DNA of 7,457 nucleotides from a virus (Duplodnaviria; Heunggongvirae; Uroviricota; Caudoviricetes): IMG/VR virus record IMGVR_UViG_2690316345_000012, positions 1 to 7,457 of that record; one strand, 5' to 3'. Shown piece by piece: positions 1 to 4,703 of this stretch (position 1 is its first letter; each line of letters starts with the position of its first letter). The notes under the pieces were generated by a model. It saw only the letters and a program-made list of their open reading frames with translations, ran no database searches and was not told where the DNA came from. The position numbers and the translations under genes were made by a program.

Positions 1-1508
1 ACCTTCAGGGGGCATGGGATGACCGGGAAAATGCCCGTCTGGGTCTGGCAGCGGCCACGCTGCAGTCGGATATGGAAAAAGCCGGTGAACTGGCGGCAAG
101 GGACCGGGCTGAGCGTGAGGCGTCACAGCTGAAGTATACCGGAGAGGCGCAGAAGGCGTATGAGCGCCTGCAGACGCCGCTGGATAAATATACCGCCCGT
201 CAGGAAGAACTGAATAAGGCCCTGAAAGACGGGAAAATCCTGCAGGCAGATTACAACACGCTGATGGCGGCGGCGAAAAAGGATTATGAAGCGACGCTGA
301 AAAAGCCGAAACAGTCCGGCGTGAAGGTGTCTGCGGGCGATCGTCAGGAAGACAGTGCTCATGCTGCCCTGCTGACGCTTCAGGCAGAACTCCGGACGCT
401 GGAGAAGCATGCCGGAGCAAATGAGAAAATCAGCCAGCAGCGCCGGGATTTGTGGAAGGCGGAGAGTCAGTTCGCGGTACTGGAGGAGGCGGCGCAACGT
501 CGCCAGCTGTCTGCACAGGAGAAATCCCTGCTGACCCATGAGAAAGAGACGCTGGAGTACAAACGCCAGCTGGCTGCACTTGGCGACAAGGTTACGTATC
601 AGGAGCGCCTGAACGCGCTGGCGCAGCAGGCGGATAAATTCGCACAGCAGCAACGGGCAAAACGGGCCGCCATTGATGCGAAAAGCCGGGGGCTGACTGA
701 CCGGCAGGCAGAACGGGAAGCCACGGAACAGCGCCTGAAGGAACAGTATGGCGATAATCCGCTGGCGCTGAATAACATCATGTCAGAGCAGAAAAAGACC
801 TGGGCGGCTGAAGACCAGCTTCGCGGGAACTGGATGGCAGGCCTGAAGTCCGGCTGGAGTGAGTGGGAAGAGAGCGCCACGGACAGTATGTCGCAGGTAA
901 AAAGTGCAGCCACGCAGACCTTTGATGGTATTGCACAGAATATGGCGGCGATGCTGACCGGCAGTGAGCAGAACTGGCGCAGCTTCACCCGTTCCGTGCT
1001 GTCCATGATGACAGAAATTCTGCTTAAGCAGGCAATGGTGGGGATTGTCGGGAGTATCGGCAGCGCCATTGGCGGTGCTGCCAGTGGCGGCGCATCCGCG
1101 TCAGGCGGTACAGCCATTCAGGCCGCTGCGGCGAAATTCCATTTTGCAACCGGAGGATTTACGGGAACCGGCGGCAAATATGAGCCAGCGGGGATTGTTC
1201 ACCGTGGTGAATTTGTCTTCACGAAGGAGGCAACCAGCCGGATTGGCGTGGGGAATCTTTACCGGCTGATGCGCGGCTATGCCACCGGCGGTTATGTCGG
1301 TACACCGGGCAGCATGGCGGACAGTCGGTCGCAGGCGTCCGGGACGTTTGAGCAGAATAACCATGTGGTGATTAACAACGACGGCACGAACGGTCAGATA
1401 GGTCCGGCTGCTCTGAAGGCGGTGTATGACATGGCCCGCAAGGGTGCCCGTGATGAAATTCAGACACAGATGCGTGATGGTGGCCTGTTCTCCGGAGGTG
1501 GACGATGA
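1..1508 (+). CDS. H: Tail tape measure protein, C-terminal portion (5-prime partial; codon phase begins at position 3, no in-frame stop back to the window edge)
   Basis: Open frame from the window edge to TGA at 1506-1508. The translation is Ala/Gln/Glu/Arg/Lys-rich (coiled-coil character) followed by a Gly/Ser/Ala-rich tract (GSIGSAIGGAASGGASASGG), as expected of a lambda gpH C-terminal region. It sits immediately upstream of M with ATGA start-stop overlap, matching lambda order H-M-L-K-I-J. Confidence 0.88.
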   Translation, partial: LQGAWDDRENARLGLAAATLQSDMEKAGELAARDRAEREASQLKYTGEAQKAYERLQTPLDKYTARQEELNKALKDGKILQADYNTLMAAAKKDYEATLKKPKQSGVKVSAGDRQEDSAHAALLTLQAELRTLEKHAGANEKISQQRRDLWKAESQFAVLEEAAQRRQLSAQEKSLLTHEKETLEYKRQLAALGDKVTYQERLNALAQQADKFAQQQRAKRAAIDAKSRGLTDRQAEREATEQRLKEQYGDNPLALNNIMSEQKKTWAAEDQLRGNWMAGLKSGWSEWEESATDSMSQVKSAATQTFDGIAQNMAAMLTGSEQNWRSFTRSVLSMMTEILLKQAMVGIVGSIGSAIGGAASGGASASGGTAIQAAAAKFHFATGGFTGTGGKYEPAGIVHRGEFVFTKEATSRIGVGNLYRLMRGYATGGYVGTPGSMADSRSQASGTFEQNNHVVINNDGTNGQIGPAALKAVYDMARKGARDEIQTQMRDGGLFSGGGR

Positions 1509-1834
1509 AGACCTTCCGCTGGAAAGTGAAACCCGGTATGGATGTGGCTTCGGTCCCTTCTGTAAGAAAGGTGCGCTTTGGTGATGGCTATTCTCAGCGA
1601 GCGCCTGCCGGGCTGAATGCCAACCTGAAAACGTACAGCGTGACGCTTTCTGTCCCCCGTTGGGAGGCCACGGCGCTGGAGTCGTTTCTGGAAGAGCACG
1701 GGGGCTGGAAATCCTTTCTGTGGACGCCGCCTTATGAGTGGCGGCAGATAAAGGTGACCTGCGCAAAATGGTCGTCGCGGGTCAGTATGCTGCGTGTTGA
1801 GTTCAGCGCAGAGTTTGAACAGGTGGTGAACTGA
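1505..1834 (+). CDS. M: Tail tip assembly protein M (109 aa)
   Basis: 109 aa, the same length as lambda gpM. The translation (MKTFRWKVKPGMDVASVPSVRKVRFGDGYSQRAPAGLNANLKTYSVTLS...) matches my recollection of lambda gpM almost residue for residue. ATG at 1505 overlaps the H stop (ATGA). Confidence 0.93.
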   Translation: MKTFRWKVKPGMDVASVPSVRKVRFGDGYSQRAPAGLNANLKTYSVTLSVPRWEATALESFLEEHGGWKSFLWTPPYEWRQIKVTCAKWSSRVSMLRVEFSAEFEQVVN

Positions 1835-2532
1835 TGCAGGATATCCGGCAGGAAACACTGAATGAATGCACCCGTGCGGAGCAGTCGGCCAGCGTGGTGC
1901 TCTGGGAAATCGACCTGACAGAGGTCGGTGGAGAACGTTATTTTTTCTGTAATGAGCAGAACGAAAAAGGTGAGCCGGTCACCTGGCAGGGGCGACAGTA
2001 TCAGCCGTATCCCATTCAGGGGAGCGGTTTTGAACTGAATGGCAAAGGCACCAGTACGCGCCCCACGCTGACGGTTTCTAACCTGTACGGTATGGTCACC
2101 GGGATGGCGGAAGATATGCAGAGTCTGGTCGGCGGAACGGTGGTCCGGCGTAAGGTTTACGCCCGTTTTCTGGATGCGGTGAACTTCGTCAACGGAAACA
2201 GTGACGCCGATCCGGAGCAGGAGGTGATCAGCCGTTGGCGCATTGAGCAGTGCAGCGAACTGAGCGCGGTGAGTGCCTCTTTTGTACTGTCCACGCCGAC
2301 GGAAACGGACGGCGCTGTTTTTCCGGGACGTATCATGCTGGCCAACACCTGCACCTGGACCTATCGCGGCGATGAGTGCGGTTATCACGGTCCGGCGGTC
2401 GCGGATGAATATGACCAGCCAACGTCCGATATCACGAAGGATAAATGCAGCAAATGCCTGAGCGGCTGTAAGTTTCGCAATAACGTCGGCAACTTTGGCG
2501 GCTTCCTTTCCATTAACAAACTTTCGCAGTAA
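1834..2532 (+). CDS. L: Tail tip protein L (232 aa), iron-sulfur cluster-binding tail tip component
   Basis: 232 aa, the same length as lambda gpL. The translation (MQDIRQETLNECTRAEQSASVVLWEIDLTEVGGERYFFCNEQNEKGEPVTWQGRQYQPYPIQGSGFELNGKG...) closely matches remembered lambda gpL. Its ATG overlaps the M stop (TGATG, 1832-1836). The C-terminal cysteine cluster is present. Confidence 0.93.
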   Translation: MQDIRQETLNECTRAEQSASVVLWEIDLTEVGGERYFFCNEQNEKGEPVTWQGRQYQPYPIQGSGFELNGKGTSTRPTLTVSNLYGMVTGMAEDMQSLVGGTVVRRKVYARFLDAVNFVNGNSDADPEQEVISRWRIEQCSELSAVSASFVLSTPTETDGAVFPGRIMLANTCTWTYRGDECGYHGPAVADEYDQPTSDITKDKCSKCLSGCKFRNNVGNFGGFLSINKLSQ

Positions 2533-2536
2533 ACCC

Positions 2537-3274
2537 ATGACAGAATCAGCGATTCTGGCGCATGCCCGGCGGTGTGCGCCAGCGGAGTCGTGCGGCTTCG
2601 TGATAAGCACCCCGGAGGGCGAACGGTACCAGCCCTGCGTGAATATCTCTGCAGAGCCGGAGGCGTATTTTCGTATTGCCCCGGAAGACTGGCTGCGGGC
2701 AGAGATGCAGGGGGAGATTGTGGCACTGGTCCACAGTCATCCCGGTGGTCTGCCCTGGCTGAGCGAGGCCGACCGGCGGCTGCAGATAAAAAGTGCACTG
2801 TCCTGGTGGCTGGTCTGCCGGGGGGACATTCATAAATTCCGCTGTGTGCCACATCTGACAGGACGGCGCTTTGAGCACGGGGTGACGGACTGTTACACGC
2901 TGTTCCGGGATGCATACCATCTGGCGGGAATTGATATGCCGGATTTTGAGCGTGAGGATGACTGGTGGCGCAACGGTCAGAACCTGTACCTGGACAATAT
3001 GGAGGCGACTGGTTTTTACAGGATTTCCCTGCCTTCCGCACAGCCTGGCGATATCCTGCTGTGCTGCTTTGGCGCATCGGTGGCCAATCATGCCGCCATA
3101 TACTGCGGCAACGGTGAGCTGCTTCACCATCTGCCTGAACAACTGAGTAAACGGGAGAGGTATTCCGAAAAATGGCAACGACGAACGCATTCTGTCTGGC
3201 GTCACCGCCACTGGCACGCATCTGCCTTCACGGGGATTTACAACGATTTGGCCGCCGCCTCAGCCTGTATGTGA
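2537..3274 (+). CDS. K: Tail tip assembly protein K (245 aa as called), JAB/MPN (JAMM) + NlpC/P60 two-domain protein
   Basis: Start chosen at ATG 2537 (MTESAILAHARRCAPAESCGFV...), 4 nt after the L stop, not at the upstream in-frame ATG 2495 that lies inside L. The N-terminal half carries a JAMM-type motif (E...HSHPGGLPWLSEAD = HxHx7Sx2D). The C-terminal half carries NlpC/P60-like Cys (GVTDCYTLFRDAYH) and His (NHAAIYCG...HH) positions. No clear Shine-Dalgarno is visible, consistent with translational coupling. Confidence 0.85.
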   Translation: MTESAILAHARRCAPAESCGFVISTPEGERYQPCVNISAEPEAYFRIAPEDWLRAEMQGEIVALVHSHPGGLPWLSEADRRLQIKSALSWWLVCRGDIHKFRCVPHLTGRRFEHGVTDCYTLFRDAYHLAGIDMPDFEREDDWWRNGQNLYLDNMEATGFYRISLPSAQPGDILLCCFGASVANHAAIYCGNGELLHHLPEQLSKRERYSEKWQRRTHSVWRHRHWHASAFTGIYNDLAAASACM

Positions 3275-3852
3275 ACACGGCAGCGGAAGCCATCCGTGCC
3301 CTGTCGATGCAGATGCCGGGATTCCGCCGTCAGATGAACGAAGGCTGGTACCAGATACGTATTGCCGGTGATGACACGGCACCGGAGGCGGTGTACGCCC
3401 GTCTTCACGAACAGCTGGGTGAGGGAACGGTCATCCACATTGTGCCGCGACTGGCCGGGGCCGGAAAGGGTGGACTGCAGATTGTGCTGGGGGCGGCGGC
3501 CATCGTGGGGTCGTTCTTCACTGCCGGGGCATCAATGGCGTTATGGGGTTCAGCCCTGGCAGCCGGTGGTTTTTCTGCCACCACGATGCTGTTTTCACTT
3601 GGAGCCAGCATGATTCTGGGCGGTGTGGCCCAGATGCTGGCCCCGAAGGCAAAAACACCGGATTACCGCGCAACGGATAACGGCAGACAGAACACGTACT
3701 TTTCCTCGCTGGATAACATGATTGCCCAGGGGAACCCGATGCCGGTGCCTTACGGTGAAATGCTGGTTGGCTCCCGGCGAATCTCCCAGGACATCAGTAC
3801 CCGTGATGAAGGCGGTGACGGGAAGGTGGTGGTTATCGGGCGGCAGGCATAA
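3172..3852 (+). CDS. I: Tail tip assembly protein I (226 aa), ubiquitin-like N-terminal domain with Gly/Ala-rich hydrophobic C-terminal region
   Basis: The translation (MATTNAFCLASPPLARICLHGDLQRFGRRLSLYVNTAAEAIRAL...IVLGAAAIVGSFFTAGA...LGASMILGGVAQMLAPKAKTP...NTYFSSLDNMIAQGN...) closely parallels remembered lambda gpI (223 aa). GGGAGAGG lies 11 nt upstream of the ATG. The start lies inside the 3-prime end of K in a different frame, as in lambda. Confidence 0.86.
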   Translation: MATTNAFCLASPPLARICLHGDLQRFGRRLSLYVNTAAEAIRALSMQMPGFRRQMNEGWYQIRIAGDDTAPEAVYARLHEQLGEGTVIHIVPRLAGAGKGGLQIVLGAAAIVGSFFTAGASMALWGSALAAGGFSATTMLFSLGASMILGGVAQMLAPKAKTPDYRATDNGRQNTYFSSLDNMIAQGNPMPVPYGEMLVGSRRISQDISTRDEGGDGKVVVIGRQA

Positions 3853-3863
3853 AAGCGAAAAAA

Positions 3864-3895
3864 TCCCGCAGTGCTCACGGACAGGAACTGCGGGA
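3864..3895 (-). terminator. Candidate intrinsic terminator, minus-strand sense (8-bp GC-rich stem, 16-nt loop, then T-run)
   Basis: Perfect inverted repeat TCCCGCAG (3864-3871) / CTGCGGGA (3888-3895). On the + strand it is preceded by A6 (3858-3863), so on the minus strand the hairpin is followed by TTTTTTCGCTTTT. The loop is long for a canonical terminator. Confidence 0.35.
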
Positions 3896-4013
3896 GCGTT
3901 ACGAAGATTGAGTGTAAGGAATTATTCTTATGTCACGACAAAAACATTAACTCAGAGAGGGAGGATGTGCCGTTCTTTTCAGGGAGAAAGGATTTATCGT
4001 CCTGAGGAATAAA

Positions 4014-4035
4014 GGTAAGGGGCCCGCCCCTTACC
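4014..4035 (-). terminator. Candidate terminator hairpin just downstream of the sodC stop (possibly bidirectional, between convergent I and sodC)
   Basis: Inverted repeat GGTAAGGGG (4014-4022) / CCCCTTACC (4027-4035) with a 4-nt loop, starting 8 nt past the sodC stop (4043-4045). On the minus strand it is followed by TTTATTCC, which is T-rich but not a clean U-tract. Confidence 0.45.
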
Positions 4036-4042
4036 TGACTGA

Positions 4043-4570
4043 TTATTGAATGATGCCGCAGGCCATTCTCGCACCACCACCGCCCAGGGGCTCCGGATGG
4101 TCATGATGGTTATCACCGCCAGCATGAAGCATGAGAGAACGCCCTTTAATCTCTTTTAATGAGTTCAGTCTCGGGGCCAGGACCGGGTAGTTCGCTTTTC
4201 CGTCATGCGTCACGAACAGCGCAGGGAGGTCGCCCAGGTGTCCATCCGGAGACCAGGGGCCAAGATGTTTGCCGGTGTTTTTCGGGTCAAAGTGACCGCC
4301 AGCCGATAATGCTGCGACCGGTTTTCCGTCTTTCAGTGCCGGGGCGCAATTTCCTTTTTCGTGCACATGAAAACCATGAATGCCTTCAGACAGAGAGTGA
4401 AGGGCTGGTGTGAACAGCAGACCGTAGGGGGTCTCCTGAATGGTTATTTTTCCAATGCTGACTTCTTTTCCGTCAGCACTGACAAGGTTCATTGGGACTT
4501 CCTGTTCTGCTGCGTATCCGCATGATGCTGCTGTCAGCATGGCAATGGCAGCAATGATTTTACATTTCAT
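4043..4570 (-). CDS. sodC: Periplasmic copper/zinc superoxide dismutase precursor (175 aa), prophage-borne sodC family
   Basis: Minus-strand ORF with ATG at 4568-4570 and TAA at 4043-4045. The N-terminus [24 protein letters not shown] looks like a Sec signal peptide. Cu,Zn-SOD hallmarks are present: [11 protein letters not shown] (Cu-ligand His pair and disulfide Cys), [43 protein letters not shown] (catalytic Arg and second Cys). GAGGG sits 7 nt upstream of the ATG. The larger 344-aa ORF in the track (4043..5077) is an upstream over-extension running antisense into J. Confidence 0.92.
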   Translation of the reverse strand: MKCKIIAAIAMLTAASCGYAAEQEVPMNLVSADGKEVSIGKITIQETPYGLLFTPALHSLSEGIHGFHVHEKGNCAPALKDGKPVAALSAGGHFDPKNTGKHLGPWSPDGHLGDLPALFVTHDGKANYPVLAPRLNSLKEIKGRSLMLHAGGDNHHDHPEPLGGGGARMACGIIQ

Positions 4571-4703
4571 AAAACCCTCATTAATTCCGTTAACAGACTG
4601 AGCTTGCTGGTTACAGGGTAACAAACAGCGTTCTGATGATATCGCGCAATAGCTGTGCAATATCCTATCACTGCGATTAATAATACCAATTGAGAGGAAC
4701 ATT
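4571..4703. promoter_or_regulatory. Divergent intergenic region: sodC 5-prime UTR, Shine-Dalgarno and presumed promoter on the minus strand; J ribosome-binding site on the + strand
   Basis: 133 bp AT-rich spacer between the divergent sodC start (4570, minus) and J start (4704, plus). Minus-strand GAGGG lies 7 nt before the sodC ATG. A TTGCAC hexamer (complement of 4655-4660) is a possible -35, but no clean -10 lies at 17 bp spacing. Plus-strand GAGAGGA (4692-4698) lies 5 nt before the J ATG. Promoter hexamers could not be assigned confidently by eye. Confidence 0.4.

Noticed and set aside
123-1766. Minus-strand ORFs of 172-221 aa overlapping H (123..653, 599..1117, 1101..1766)
   Set aside because: They are antisense to a strongly supported tape measure gene. 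The translations are Arg/Leu/Cys/Ser-rich and low-complexity, as is typical of the opposite strand of a GC-rich coding region, and lack start-site signals.
1732-3221. Minus-strand ORFs antisense to L and K (1732..2610, 2385..3221, 2546..3217)
   Set aside because: They fully overlap lambda-like M, L and K coding sequence on the other strand. Chance open frames are expected in GC-rich sequence.
2495-3274. K start at the upstream in-frame ATG 2495 (259 aa)
   Set aside because: This start lies 38 nt inside L. The ATG at 2537, just after the L stop, yields the lambda-like N-terminus MTESAILAHARR and fits the start-stop coupling pattern.
3722-4012. 96-aa plus-strand ORF, and a 15-codon mini-ORF at 3965..4012 preceded by GGGAGG
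   Set aside because: The 96-aa frame is mostly an alternative frame of I. The mini-ORF has its Shine-Dalgarno-like sequence directly abutting the ATG with no spacer and encodes only 15 residues. This is more likely the AT-rich 3-prime flank of the sodC insert.
4610-4622. Short palindrome GTTAC-AGG-GTAAC upstream of sodC, and a GTTAAC site at 4590-4595
   Set aside because: Five-bp arms are expected by chance in a 130-bp AT-rich region. They are not reportable as an operator without conservation or binding data.
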